Source: Mobula hypostoma (taxonomy: Eukaryota). Taken from it: a stretch of 64,000 nucleotides of DNA. Shown one piece after another: positions 38,351 through 51,429 of the stretch; the stretch's first letter is position 1; every line of letters begins with the position of its first letter. Location of the stretch: contig NC_086097.1 in assembly GCF_963921235.1 (NCBI RefSeq), positions 148,988,001 to 149,052,000 of the forward strand. The letters are read 5' to 3'. Position numbers and translations under genes: made by a program. The notes beneath the pieces were generated by a model. The model saw nothing but the letters and a program-made list of their open reading frames with translations, searched no databases and was not told where the DNA came from.

Positions 38351-38567
38351 TATGTACAGATGCTCCTGTCCCTAGCATCATTTTATGGACATACATACAA
38401 TCAATATATGTATATAAGCTATCTTACTTAAATATTTTTATTGTGTTGTTTTGTTATTACTGTGTTTGTTTTTTTTGAGCTACATCGATTCTGAAATAAT
38501 ACTTATGTACTGGAAATGACATTAAATAATTAATCTTGAACAATACAAGCATGCATGTCTTTCAACT

Positions 38568-39260
38568 CAACCCACACAAAATGCTGGAGGAACTCAGCAG
38601 GTCAAGCAGTATCAATAGAAAAGGGTAAATGGTCAATGTTTCAGGCTGAGACCTTCCTTCAGTACTGAGAAGGTAGGGGGAAGATGCCTGAATTAAAAGG
38701 TGGGGAGGGGAAAGAGGCTATCTGGAAGGTGATGAGTGAAGCCTGGTGGGTGGGAAAGGTCAAGGGCAGGAGAAGAAAGAATCTGATAGGGGAGGAGAGT
38801 GGATAGTAGTAGAAAGGGAAGGAGTAGGGGACCCAGAGGGAAATGCTAGATGAGAAGAAGTGAAAGGTCTGAGTGGGGAAAATTTGTTCACCGGAAGGAG
38901 AAATCGATATTCATACCCAGATGGAGAATAAGGTGTTGCTCCTCCACCCTGAGCATGGCCCTGTCTTGGCTCAAGAGGAGGCCATGGACTGACATGCCAG
39001 AATGGGAATTAAATGTTTGACCAACGGGAAGTGCTGCTTGTGGTGGATGGTACAGCAGTACTTGACAAAGCCTTCCCCCAGTTCCCAGTTTCCGACGGGT
39101 CTCAGCAACAAAGAGTAGGCCGCATCGGGAGCACCGGACACAATAGACGACCGGAGCAGATTCACAGGTGAAGTGTTGCTTCACTTGGAAGGACTGTTTG
39201 AGGCCCTGAACTGAGGTGAGGGAGGAGGTTTATGGGCAGGTGTAGCACTTAACCTGCCTC
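38568..39260 (-). mobile_element. PLE 3' fragment (GIY-YIG + terminal module)
   Basis: 'HFTCESAPVVYCVRCSRCGLLFVAET', 'RVEEQHLI', 'MNIDFS'. Confidence 0.9.
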
Positions 39261-39369
39261 ACTGAATCCCTTCCCTGTACTTACTCCTTCCCAAGAATTC
39301 CCTAAGTTTGCTGTCATTTATCTCCAGTAGCCATCATATGCTGATGAACTTCTCAGTACCACAGTGACA

Positions 39370-39725
39370 CAGTCAGCATAAGCAAAAGCTCCACTCATCC
39401 AGGACCTTCGCCCTCCTCACCTCTCCCATTGAGCAGACGATGCATACCACCAGGTTCAAGGACAGATTCTACCCTGCACTTGTAAGATTACTAAATGATT
39501 CCCTAGAATGATAAATCGGAGTTTTGCTTCACAATCTACCTCAATTTCCTTGCACCTATTGTTTACCTACACTGCACCTTCTCTGTGGTTATTACACTTT
39601 ATTGTGCATTGTGTTATTGATTTACCTTGTACCATCTCAATGCACTGTGTACTGATTTGATCTGTATGAGCAGAAGGCGAGATTAGTTTTTCACTGTATC
39701 TCAGTACACATGACAGTAATAAACC
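39370..39725 (+). mobile_element. Old Rex1-like LINE 3' end
   Basis: 'accaccaggttcaaggacagattctaccc' and 3' UTR ending aataaacc. Confidence 0.6.
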
Positions 39726-41569
39726 ACTTCTAGTTTCGTGCAAGAGTTTCAACACAAAATGTCAACAGTTCTGTACCTTCCCCCACCTCCACAGATGCCG
39801 TTCGACCCACTGAGTTCCTTCAGCAGAGTGCTTGTCCCATTGTTGTGGGACTTACCTTTGTGTGCTCTGGTGTTGTGTCATGACTTTCTGCTTGACGTGT
39901 TCGACTGAGATTGAATCTTTAATCTGTCTTCTAGATCACGCTGCAAGATTTCACAGGAGGCACACATCATGTAATGCTCAAACCAACGTTTATTCATGAA
40001 CGAATGTGATTACCTGTTTATCAGGATATATGGGACTTGGTTCTGTCTAAATTAGTTGCTGTATTTCCTGATTTACAACAGTTATTACACTTCACATTGC
40101 AATATCCTGAGTTTGTGAAATAAATTATAACTCATTGATTTTTTTTTCAAAAACAATTGTGAAATAATAATGTGTTTTCAAATGCAGGTTTGAAGAGAAA
40201 TTTCACTTTTGGAGCAGTAGGTTGTAGTTATAGTGATTGTTGCACTGAATGAATATTCTATTATGACGGAGACATAAAAATGCATGTTGGAGGAGGGTGA
40301 GTGGCACATCAGAGAATATTATTGCCTTAAGTGGCTGTTGTGGCTTGTGTATTGATCAGGGAGCCAGGAATGTATGCGTTCTTTGGGAAAGTATGCTACT
40401 GCAGGAAGGAACAAGTATCTTGTCATTAATCTGCATGAATGGCAGTCAAATTGTCAATGATTTGAAGAATATGCAGCTTGCTTATTGGGTGACATAAGTG
40501 GAAATGAAACTCCAGGGTTCTCTGGAGACAACTGAGTTGAACGAGGTGCAGTGTATGTTTCAGGGAGCCATTGTCCAAGTTTAAATGAGTTAGACACAGC
40601 AGACATTGATTGTTCTGGAGAATGATCCCATTACTAATGCATTCAGTGAGTTTCTTGGCTATTTGTCATTTTCTCTCTGTAACCACATTGAAAGGTGGGG
40701 TAGGGGTTGGATCGCTAAAGAGCAAACAAGAATTCTCTTTAGTCAAACATATTACAGCTCTTTAAGTAAAGGTTTAAAATGTCAAATGTAAGAGAGCTGA
40801 CATAACCTTTGCTGAATGAAAGACAAAACACCATGCATAGTTTAATAGTTTAGATACTTATCTTTGGGCGAATAGAATCAAATGTAACCTAATGTGACAG
40901 CTTGAGCAACATCATACGCATGATAGAAAGAATATCCTCCATCTGTGCTGTGAGCCTTTATCACAAGGTCTTGCCTTTCTACCGTGACTGTGAAGGCCCT
41001 ATCTGGGAAAAATCTGTGTAATCTTAATCAAAGTTTGACTGGGCATGAAACCACAACACCAATTTAACAACAAACTTTAGAACAGGCCATGAAAATCTCT
41101 GTAGTAGGTGCTGTTTAAAAATTAAATCCTGTAGAAGAGAGATGAATTTTATCAGAGTAGCATTCCTGAGACATGAAAGAAGATGTGTAATTTTCATCTA
41201 AACTCTGGGACAGCTTACTGATGGTGGTCAGAACCTTTTCAGGCTCATGGAGGGAGGAAAAAAAGAGGATTTTAAAATCCTAATAGGAACATTAAGGTGT
41301 AAAACTCCTTTGAAAATCTATCCTCTTGTGTTTCCCTGATTTTGACAATTGGTAGGGACCATCTTTCTAGATTTAAGTGAATGGTTAACTCTATCACTGT
41401 CTCTGACTGTAGCAGTGGAGCCTTCCTCTGAATAGTTATCTAAATGAGTGCCCCCTGAACCTGTCTGCCCATGAATTGTATTTGAATGGAGTTACATTCT
41501 ACTGTTGTCCTTCTGACTGTAAAAAGAAAGCATCTTTACTTTAGTCTTTCTAATTTATTGATTGCCGTT

Positions 41570-42827
41570 TGCCTATTGCCACAGTTGGTCAGCAGCAGAT
41601 GCAATCTCAATGGCTCTCCACATAGCTTTAGACCACCTAGGCAACACAAACACCTACGTCAGGCTGCTGTTCATCGACTATAACTCAGCATTTAATACCA
41701 TCATTCCCACAATCCTATTTGAGAAGTTACAGAACCTGGGCTTCTATACCTCCCTCTGCAATTGGATCCTCGACTTCCTAACTGGAAGACCACAGTCTGT
41801 ACGGATTGGTGATAACATCTCCTCCTCACTGATGATCAACACTGGTGCACCTTAAGGGTGTGTGCTTAGCCCACTTCTCTACTCTCTATATACCCATGAC
41901 TGTGTGGCTAGGCATAGCTCAAGTACAAAACTACAAATTTGCTGAGGATACAACCATTGTTGGTAGAATCTCAGGTGGTGACGAGAGGGCATACAGGAGT
42001 GAGATATGCCAACTAGTGGAACGGTGCCGCAGCAAAAACCTGGCACTCAATATCATTAAGACGAAAGAGCTGATCGTGGACTTCAGGAAGGGTAAGATGA
42101 TGGAGCATATACCAATCCTCACAGAGGGATCAGAAGTGGAGAGAGTGAGCAGCTTCAAGTTCCTGGGTGTCAAGATCTCTGAGGATCTAACTTGGTCCAA
42201 CATATTGATGTAGTCATAAATCAGGCAAGACAGCAACTATACTTTTATTAGGAGTTTGAAAAGATATGGCATGTGAACAAATACACTCAAAAACTTCTAT
42301 AGTTCTACAGTGGAGAGCATTCTGACAGGCTGCATCACTGTCTGGTATGGAGGGACTACTGCACAGGACCGAAAGAAGCTGCAGAAGGTTGTAAAATCTC
42401 ATCAGCTCCATTTTGGGTACTAGCCTACAAAGTACCCAGGACATCTTTAGGGAGCGGTGTCTCAGATAGGCAGCTTCCATTATTAAGGACCTCCAGCACC
42501 CAGGGCATGGCCTTTTCTCACTGTTACCATCAGGTAGGAGATACAGAAGCCTGAAGGCACACACTCAGGATTCAGCAAGAGCTTCTTCCCCTCTGCCATC
42601 CGATTCCTAAATGGACATTGAAGCCTTGGAGACTATCGCATTTTTTTTAATATGCAGTATTTGTTTTTGCACATTTAAAAAATCTATTCAATGTATGTAA
42701 TTGATTTACTTGTTTATTTATTTATTTTTTCTGTCTGCTAGATTATGTATTACATTGAACTGCTGCTACTAAGTTAACAAATTTCACATCACATGCCAGT
42801 GATAATAAACCTGATTCTGATTCTGAT
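41570..42827 (+). mobile_element. Rex1/Babar LINE (RT to tail)
   Basis: '[18 protein letters not shown]', 'KFAEDTTIVG', 'FLGVKISEDLTW'; (GATTCT)n tail. Confidence 0.92.
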
Positions 42828-42939
42828 TAATTAGCTGTTTAAATGGCTCATAGACTACGGTGGGAAATCAGGGCATATGAAATAAGTGGAGCAAAGGGAT
42901 AATTGGGAATGCTGTGAGAGCTGGTGTAACAGCTTCTTG

Positions 42940-44327
42940 CAGTGCCCCCAACTGTTGTTCACATAAATCAGTATTACATCTCGGGATTTTGATCAATTTA
43001 ACTGAGAACTCTTTATTTGTGAAACACAAGCTCCTTTTTCACAATAGACCCCATAAACAGGGAAAATTGTAAAGCATAAAAAACTAAAAATTCAAAAACT
43101 GAAATGTTAGCACTTCAAAAGTATTCACCCCCCCCCCACCCCTTACTCAGTTCTTAGTTGAACCACCTCTGGCAACCATTACATCCAGCAAACACGAAGA
43201 AATCTGCAGATACTGCGTTCCACCGGCATTTTGTGTGAGTTGATTACATCCAGTAGTCCTAAGTCTCTACTAGTTTTGCACAATGTGATGGAGCAAGATT
43301 TGCCCATTCCTCCTTGCAACATTGCTCTAGCGGTGCCAGGTTACTTGGGGAGTGGCAGTGGACAGGAATCTTGAAGACTTGCCAGAGATGTTCGATAGGG
43401 GTAAGGTCAGGACTCTGACTGGGCCACTCAATGACATCAATTTTCTTCATCTGAAGCCACTCCATGGTTGCTCTGGCAGTGTTCCACTTTAATTTCATTT
43501 GATCACGCCACCACCTTCTTCATCTTAACAGCATCTTTGAAGAGTCATTTTGCAAAGTCCTTATTGACAAGGATATGTTTTTTGTTTTAGCTCTTCCTTG
43601 CCACTCTTTCATAAATACCCTTTTTGTTCATGGCCTTAGAGATTGTGGAGCCATGAACTTCATCTACAATTGCAGCCACTGACTTCAGCAGCTCACTTAG
43701 AGTGACTTTTGGCATCACAGTAGCCTCTCTTACACGTGCTATTCTTTTCTGATGACTAAGTTGAGAGGGGCAGCCTGACCTAGGCAGTATGGCTGTGGTT
43801 TCATATTATTTCCACTTTTTCACAATGAGCTGCACTGAGCTCCAAGGTATGTTCAAATAGTTTTGTACCCTTCCTGAAATTTGTGCTTCTCTATTATCAT
43901 TTCCTTGACTTGTCTTGAATGCTCTTTTGTCTTAATTTTGGTTTGGTCTGTTGAACATCTGCCATACTGTTGTACCTTACAGAGGGGGGGTACATTTATT
44001 CTTATGAATTTGTTGAAAAAAAGTGATCCTTCAATTTTATGTATCAACTAATTGAGTGAGTTAGTAAGGTAATACTGTATGTTACACATGAGGAAAGTTA
44101 GCGTCGTAATTACAAAGGGGGTGAATACTTTTTCATCTTCGCAATTTTGGTTTAAATTTTAGTAAATTGTTGACAGGTTTTGGAAGTTTTCTTTTGATTT
44201 GACATGATGCGCAATGTTTTGTAGATTAACTTGAAATATCCTACTTCAATATATTTAAAATTTAGAAAATGAAACAGTAAAGTATGAAAATAGTTGTGGG
44301 GTTTGAATGCTATTTCACGGAATTGTA
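42940..44327 (-). mobile_element. Older Tc1-like transposon, internally deleted
   Basis: 'WPSQSPDLTPIEHLW', 'KTKEHSRQVKEMIIEKHK'; inner repeats aaaagtattcaccc / ggggtgaatacttttt. Confidence 0.85.
43189..43242. mobile_element. 54-bp PLE-derived micro-insertion (two terminal pieces in opposite orientation)
   Basis: Perfect 11-bp TSD attacatccag at 43178-43188 and 43243-43253. Confidence 0.85.
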
Positions 44328-44709
44328 TATCATAAGAGAATGTGAAATAAGGTAGCTGGAAAGGTATAGTAACTACCGTTCTTGACTCTTGTTGTTCCCT
44401 CTTTCCTCTAACTGCAATTTCACACTCACCATCGAGGGTCACTCTGCTGAACGTACACAGCACCAGCTACACAGAAACTGCACACAATCCTCCTCTTGAG
44501 GTTTCACATAATTGGAGCAAGCACACAATTTATTCATACTTCCACTCCCTTCCCACAAACGCCAAATGATTTGTAAATCTCCTTTAATCCTTGTTGCTCC
44601 TGCATATCAACAATCTGCATTCAAGAAAAAACACAGCGTTATCTCTGCACACTTGTATTTATTGATTATTGTTATTTTTGAAGAAATAATAGTTCAGATT
44701 TTTAACCAA

Positions 44710-45262
44710 CATGATTTGGGAAAATGGGCATTGAAGTGGCCGATGGAATATAGTGCAAGGAAGTGCATGGTCATGTACTTTGGTAGAAGAAATAAAGGGA
44801 TGAACTATTTTCAAAATGGGGTGCAAAGGGACTTGGGAGTCCTTCTGCAGGATTCCCTAAAGGTTGAGTGAATGGTAAGGAAGATAAATGCAGTATTAGC
44901 ATTCCTTTAAAGAGGACTAGAATACAAAAGCAATGATGTAATGCTGAGGCTTTATAAGGTGTTGGTCAGACTACATTTAGACTATTGTGAGCAGTTTTGG
45001 GCCCTTTATCTGAGGAAAAAATGTGCTGACATTAGGGTCTAGGGGAGGCTCACGAGAATGATCCCAGGAATGAAAAGGTTAACGTATGAGGAGTGGTTTA
45101 TCTGGGCCTGTACTCGCTGGAGTTTAGAAGAATGAGGGTTGACTCTCCGTCTGTAATCTATTGAATATTGAAAGGCATAGGTAGATGGAAATGGAGAGGA
45201 TGTTTCCGATAGTGTGGGAATCCAAGACCAGAGGGCGCAGCCTCAGAATAGAGGGACATCCT
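44710..45262 (+). mobile_element. CR1 LINE fragment, 3' end missing
   Basis: 'WALKWPMEYSARKCMVMYFGRRN', 'QRDLGVL'. Confidence 0.85.
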
Positions 45263-45455
45263 GCTCCTCACAGTTCAATCGCTGTAATTAAGGTATAGCA
45301 ATCGGGGGAATTGTTTGAGTTAGCACACCTAAAGATAATTATGCTACACTCTCCTCTTTATCCCAGAGCAATGCATTAAGCTCTTGGTGTGAAGTGCCTT
45401 GGATAAATATACCATATGCTGATAATGCACATTGTACATTCATGTAAGATATTGA
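45197..45455 (+). repeat. Left arm of a local inverted duplication
   Basis: Reverse complement of 47846-48107. Confidence 0.95.
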
Positions 45456-45459
45456 GAAG

Positions 45460-47570
45460 CCTTCTTAAATCTCTGCAGTCCCTGAGGTGTAGGTACACTC
45501 ACAGTGTTATGAGGGAGAGAATTCTATGATTTTGACCCAACAACATAGAAGGAATGGCGATATTTTTCCAAGTCAGGAAGGTGAGTGACTTGGAGAAGGA
45601 ATTCTAAGTGGTGGTGTTCCTAGGTGTCTGCTGTTTTCTTCCTTCTAGATGGTAGCGGTCGTGGGTCTGGAAGGTGCTGCCTTAGGAATTCTGGTCTGTT
45701 GTTGCAGTGCATCTTGTAGATCAGGGGTCCCCAACCTTTTTTGCACTGCGGCCCGGTTTAATATTGACAATATTCTTGCGGACTGGCCGACGGTGGTTGT
45801 TGCGGGGAGCGGGGGGGGTAGGGGTAGGGTTGCCAACGGACAAGAGTAGCAGTCAAATACGTTGTGTTTACCCCGAGGAAAAACGACCATGACCATGAAA
45901 CCTTGCGCGGTGCTGATTTTTTTTTCTACAAATCGTTTTTGGCGATTCTGTTCGGGGGTGGGGGGGTGTTAATCACAACCGGAATATAGGTGATAAGTGG
46001 CTAATGCACTCAATTTCATTTGTAAAGGGGTTTATCTAATGAATTTAATATTAAACACACAGTGAATATTTTACTTGCACGAATATAGTGATAAGTTAAT
46101 TATCAGGGAGGACAGGGGAGCTTGAAGTAAGTATTGAACGAACTTCCAGTAGAAGTGGTAGAGGCCAGTTCGATATTATCATTTAAAGAAAAATTGGATA
46201 GGTATATGGACAGGAAAGGAATGGAGGGTTATGGGCTGAGTGCAGTTCCGTGGGACTAGGTGAGAGTAGCGTTCAGCACGAACTAGAAGGGCCGAGATGG
46301 CCTGTTTCTGTGCTGTAATTGTTATATGGTTATATAAGTCACTCATAAGTCAATAGCATCATAACATTTTAAGTAACGTTTGGATATTAAACACACAGCA
46401 CATATTTTCCCCATATGAACATGTAAAATCATTGCAATACACCAATATCGCTAAATCAGTGGGAGCCCTGGGCTTGTTTCCCTGCAACAAGACGGTCCTA
46501 TCGAGGGGTGATAGGAGACAGCGATACTCGAAGGGGGTTCCTTATGTCCAGTCTATTCCGCAATTTAGTTTTCGTTGCATTCATTGCAGAGATATGTCGG
46601 AAATGGAAGCAATGTTTTCAGTGCTTTCATGGCTATCTCAGGATATTTAGCCTTGACTTTGATTCAGAATGCCGGCAGAGATGTTATGTCAAACATACTT
46701 TTCAGCCCGCCGTCATTTGCAAGCTTGAGGAGTTGATCTCCTTCCCGCGCTGACATGGATGACGCATGCGTAATGACCTCACGCGTGTACAAGCTCAACA
46801 GAGCGTGACAGGGAATGAGGAAAGGTGCAGTTGACTCATACTGTTTCCTCGCAGCCTGGTAGCACATGCTTTGTGGCCCTGTGGTTGGGGACCGCTGTTG
46901 TAGATAGTACACACTGCTGCAACTGTTCGCTAATGCTGGAGGGATTGGATGTACCAATCAAGTGGTCTGCCTTGCACTGGATAGTGTTAAGCTTCTTCAG
47001 TGTTGATGGAGCTGCACTCATCCAAATGAGTGGCGAGTATTCCATTACACTCCTGACCTGTGCCTTGTAGATGGTGGACAGGCTTTAGGGAGTCAGGAGG
47101 TGAGCTAAATGCCACAGGATTCCTAGCCTCTGACCTGCTCTGGTAGCCACGGTGTTTATCAGTTTCCTATCAATGATAACCCCCTGGATGTTGATAGTAG
47201 GGCATTCAATGATGGTGATGCCACTGAATGTCAAGGGATGATGGTTAGAGCCTCTCTCGTTGGAGATGGTCATTGCCTGGTACTTGAGTGGCTCGAATGT
47301 TACTTGTCACTTGTCAGCCCAAGCCTGGATATTGTCCAGGTCCAGCTGCATTTGGGTATGAAGTGCTTCAGTATCTGAGGAGTCATAAAGGGTGCAGAAC
47401 ATTGTGCAGTCATCTGTGAACATCCCGATTTCTGATCTTATGATGGAAGGAATGTCATTGATGAAGCAGATGAAGATGGTTGGTCCTCAGACATTTCCTT
47501 GAGGAACATCTGTAATGATGTCCTGAAGATGAGATGATTGACTTCCAACCACTACAACCATCTTCCTTTG
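45460..47570 (-). mobile_element. CR1/L2-superfamily LINE fragment, interrupted by a hAT MITE
   Basis: 'VPQGNV', 'MEYSPLIWMSAAPSTLKKLNTIQ', 'AGQRLGIL'. Confidence 0.75.
45722..46897 (-). mobile_element. hAT (Charlie/Buster-like) non-autonomous element
   Basis: TIRs caggggtccccaacc / ggttggggaccgctg; perfect 8-bp TSD ttgtagat at 45714-45721 and 46898-46905; transposase C-terminal remnant 'DQLLKLANDGGLKSMFDITSLPAF' and 'KTKLRNRLDI'. Confidence 0.93.
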
Positions 47571-47845
47571 TAATATACCACCAGGATGAACAGGGTAATA
47601 GTTGCATGCACACCCAGAAAGCCATTTGTGAAAAGATCTTCCATTGTACCAAGCCATAAAGTGAGGCAAAACAATAGCTTTAATAGCAAACCTGAGTTTT
47701 AGAAGAGTTTTGGAAACAAACTGGGATCAGTTGCAAGAGTAAAACCAAATTCTATGAATTAGTGGACGTTTTTCAGGTTAGCAAGAGATTATTTGTGGAT
47801 TTCCACAAAGATTAATGCAGATACCTCACCTATTTATATTTGACA

Positions 47846-48107
47846 TCAATATCTTAGATGAATGTACCATGTTCATTATCAGCATATGGTGCATTTATCC
47901 AAGGCACTTTATACCAAGAGCTTAATGCGTTGTTCTGGGGTAAAGAGGAGAATGTAGCATAATTATCTTTAGGTGTGCTAACTGAATCAATTTCCCCCCT
48001 GATTGTTATACCTGAGTTGCAGAGATTGAACTGTGAGGAGCAGGATGTCCCTCTATTCTGAGGCTGCGCCCTCTGGTCTTGGGCTCCCACACTATCGGAA
48101 ACATCCT
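47846..48107 (-). repeat. Right arm of a local inverted duplication
   Basis: Reverse complement of 45197-45455. Confidence 0.95.
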
Positions 48108-48127
48108 ATATGTCTTAAGAATGTCAT

Positions 48128-48400
48128 TATGGTGGTTAGCACAGTGCTTTACGGTACCAGAAACCTGGGTTCAGTTCCCACCAATGTCTGTAAGGAGTTT
48201 GTACGTCCTCCCCGTAACCATGTGGGTTTCTTCCGGGTGCTTCAATTCCTTTCCATAGTCCAAGGACGTGCTAGTCGGTAAGCTAATTAGTCATTGTAAA
48301 TTGTCTCGTGATTAGACTAGAGTTAAATCAGGGGTTGCTGAATGGCGCAGGCCAAAGGGCCGGAGAGGCCTGTTCACACTGTATCTCAATAAGTAAATAA
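48128..48400 (+). mobile_element. tRNA-derived SINE (V-SINE/HE1-like)
   Basis: tRNA-like head 'ggtggttagcac...gggttcagttccc', central domain, A-rich tail aataagtaaataaa. Confidence 0.75.
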
Positions 48401-48482
48401 AAGAAGTACACAGTTCACCATCTCTGCCTAAACTTCAAGTGTGATATTAGATCTCATCTTCCAAGTCTCAATGTTGTATAAC

Positions 48483-48860
48483 ATAAACATGACAAAGTCT
48501 GCAGATGCTGGAAATCCAGAGCAACACACACACAATGCTGGAGGAACTCAGCAGGTCAGGCTGTATCTATGGAAAAGAGTAAACGGTTGACGTTTCGGGC
48601 CGAGACTCTTCATTAGGACAGAGAAGGAAGGGGGGGAGATGTCAGAATAAAAAGGTGGGTGAGGGATGGGGAAGAAGGCTAGCTAGAAGGTGATGGGTGA
48701 ATTCAAGGGCTGGAGATGAAGGAATCTGATAGGAGAGGAGAGTGGACCATAGGAGGAAGGGAAGAATGAGGGGAATGATAGGCAGGTGTGAAGAGGTAAA
48801 AGGCCGGAGTGGAGAACAGAAGAGGAGGGGAGGGAGAGGAAAATATTTTACTGGAAGGAG
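48483..48860 (-). mobile_element. PLE 3' UTR and terminal module, hammerhead with CUAAUGA core mutation
   Basis: Minus strand tgtc-ctaatga-agagtctcggccc-gaaac-gtc-aacc. Confidence 0.85.
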
Positions 48861-50231
48861 AAATATTGTATAGTAGTTAAACTCCAGAAGTGAAAAACGT
48901 GGAAGGGAAGGAGAACTTAGCAAACACTGAGCCTGTTTTCTGATTGTCTTATTGAAACTTCCCCCATATGAGCACATCCAAGAAGATCGGGCACTGCATA
49001 GTACTTGGCTGACATTGACCTTCTGAAAGCTCAAAACTTTGAGCTTTTGGGTTGTATTGGTTCAGATAAGGAAGAGGAATAATGTGTGAGGCTTTATTCC
49101 CTTCATTCACCAAAGTTCCAGATAATGTTCAGAGGGGCAATGACTAAATTATCCATGAAATTGGCATTAGTAGGATTGCACAAACGAGAGGTACATGTAA
49201 TCACCTGATTCCTCAATTGAGAAATGACAGAGGCAATAACAAAATAATGTAAAGATTTGTCATCGAACAATCCCATAGGATAAGGCTTGACATGCTTTGT
49301 TCAAAACCAAATATGACACTAATTAAATATCACCCTTTGCATACCCTATGGGTAATATCTTTAGAAGACAAGCAGAATGAGGTAAATTCCTATCTCCTGG
49401 GCAAACCAGTTTGGTGAACTTCTTGAATGCAGATTGTGACACAGAAACAAAAATGATAGTTTTTTTGAAAGAAATTATCCAATTTGCATTTGAATGAATC
49501 AACGTTCTCTGCTTGCACAATAGGGAGTCTGTTCCATAGATTGACCACCGTGTGAGCTGAATATTAACTCGAAAAGCAGTCAATTTGGAGTAACACATGA
49601 GACGAAAATGTGGGGGAGGACCGAAATCAGAAATAAAGCATGAACCCACCTTAAACCCTTGTAGCTTGTTTTAATGAAGATACATTGAGAGGTAGGTAAC
49701 CAATTCACTCAAGGGAAGCATTTAACTAAGGCAAACCCATCGATTTTCTAATTTTAGATACATGCAGTCAGGCAGAATCCTTGATCTAAGTATTTTTGTA
49801 CTACTATGTGTAGACCAAGAAAAGCAGAACTATTTCCTTCATGTAAGCTGCTCCAACTGCAACCTTCCCACCTACCGTCTGGCTCCGATTGTTGGTCACT
49901 ATTAGTTTTGTAGAGCTATAGGCTGAGTATTTGTTGTGACTATTCTTTGGGATTATTGCCCCATTTATATTTTACATTCCCTCCCTTGAGAAGTACACAA
50001 CTCTGCTCAAGCAGTACCAGAGTCATCAGAATCCTGAGGCTGATTTAAAAATTTCACTTGTGCATTTGGAGTCTCGAGAAAGATGACCAAGAACATGGTT
50101 GTCACTAATTCCAAACTGACCAGCTTGAATTTACATTATTGCCTCACATCAGCTTGGAAACCATTAGTGTCAATTCTTATATTTCTACATGCTGATTAAG
50201 TTGATAGTCACATGCTTGGCAAACACCTTTA

Positions 50232-50770
50232 GAATCAGAATCGGGTTTATTGTCACTGACGTCAGAAACTTGTTGCTTTATGGTAGCAATACAGTGCAGG
50301 CATAACAAACTATTATAAGCTACAAAATTTTGAAAAGAATAAATAAATAATGCAAGAGTGGAATAGCGAGATACTGTTGATGAGTTCTTGTACCGTTCTT
50401 GTACCGAAAAGCTTTTTCACCCAGAGAGTGGTGGATATGTGAAATGCTCTGCCCCAGAAGGCAGTGGAGGCCAAGTCTCTGGATGCTTTCAAGAAAGAGA
50501 TGGATAGAGCTCTTAAAGATAGCGGAATCAAAGGTTTTGGGGATAAGGCAGGAACTGGATACTGATTGTGGATGATCAGCCATGATCACGGTGAATGGCG
50601 GTGCTGGCTCGAAGGGCCAAATGGCCTACACCTGTACCTATTGTCTATTGTTCAGAGATTTGATAGCATAGGGGAAGAAACTTAAAACTTTGAATATGAG
50701 TGTTTGGGCTCCTGTACCTTCTCCTTGATAGTAGTAATGAGGAGTAATATCCCGGATGGTGAGACTCTTT
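50232..50770 (-). mobile_element. Rex1/Babar 3' end hosting a CR1 insertion
   Basis: agaatcagaatc tail; resumes at 'gttcagagatttgatag' after 50650. Confidence 0.7.
50406..50650 (+). mobile_element. Young short CR1 3' end
   Basis: 'tttttcacccagagagtggtgg...gatcagccatgatc...ctattgtctattg'. Confidence 0.9.
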
Positions 50771-50884
50771 CATGATGGAGTAATTGGACAAAGTTAATAT
50801 GGTTTCGTGAATGTTTTATTGGATTTCGTTGAAGAGGTAATATATACTGCAGATAAAGCGGAATCAATGGTGTTTAGATTTCCT

Positions 50885-51195
50885 GTTCAGACCATTCCTG
50901 GGTTAGGAACACCTGACTTGTGGACAGCCCTATATATGAACAAGTTCCCATAATATTATTAAATTCAAAAGTCCAAAATGTATTCATTTTTATGAATCGC
51001 AGAACTAGTTTCCTCTCACCACTTTTGGTGATTGTTCTTTCTTATCTCTCTTGTGTACCATTGATTCCAATCACTATAATACTAAAGGGGTAAGATTACT
51101 ATTTCAAATGATTTTTACATAACTTCCAACTTGTGGACAAAATTGATTTTTGGCCATCTGGGAAAACAGAACCCATTTGTTACCCGGGAACACCC
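50885..51195. mobile_element. Possible old Tigger-like MITE
   Basis: Internal repeat acttgtggaca near both ends; degenerate inverted termini. Confidence 0.35.
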
Positions 51196-51429
51196 TGTAA
51201 ACATTTGATGAGATGTATTGTACATTGAAAGGTATTGCAAAAAGTAAAAGCACCAATAGAAAGTTGGCCAAATAAAAAAAGAATAGGCATAAATATGTCT
51301 TTTTCTGCTGAGCAAAATGTATACCACAGGCAGTGATGACGGCCGCCATTTTCTATATTTGATGCAAGTACCTTGGAAGCAGGTATCAAGAGAATGATTA
51401 CTTTTTGATGATAGAAAGATAGATAGGAA

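Larger units (their letters stand above)
35830..38530 (+). mobile_element. Rex1/Babar LINE, interrupted in its 3' UTR by a Tc1
   Basis: 'LCNWVLDF', 'VKFGDDTTVLG', 'SKTKEMIIDF'; 3' UTR resumes after 38352. Confidence 0.8.

Noticed and set aside
39935..40009. Possible terminal coding exon (ITLQDFTGGTHHVMLKPTFIHERM*) after an acceptor-like site
   Set aside because: No recognisable homology or upstream exon
48128..48200. tRNA gene
   Set aside because: Degenerate tRNA-like head continuing into a SINE body; no full cloverleaf
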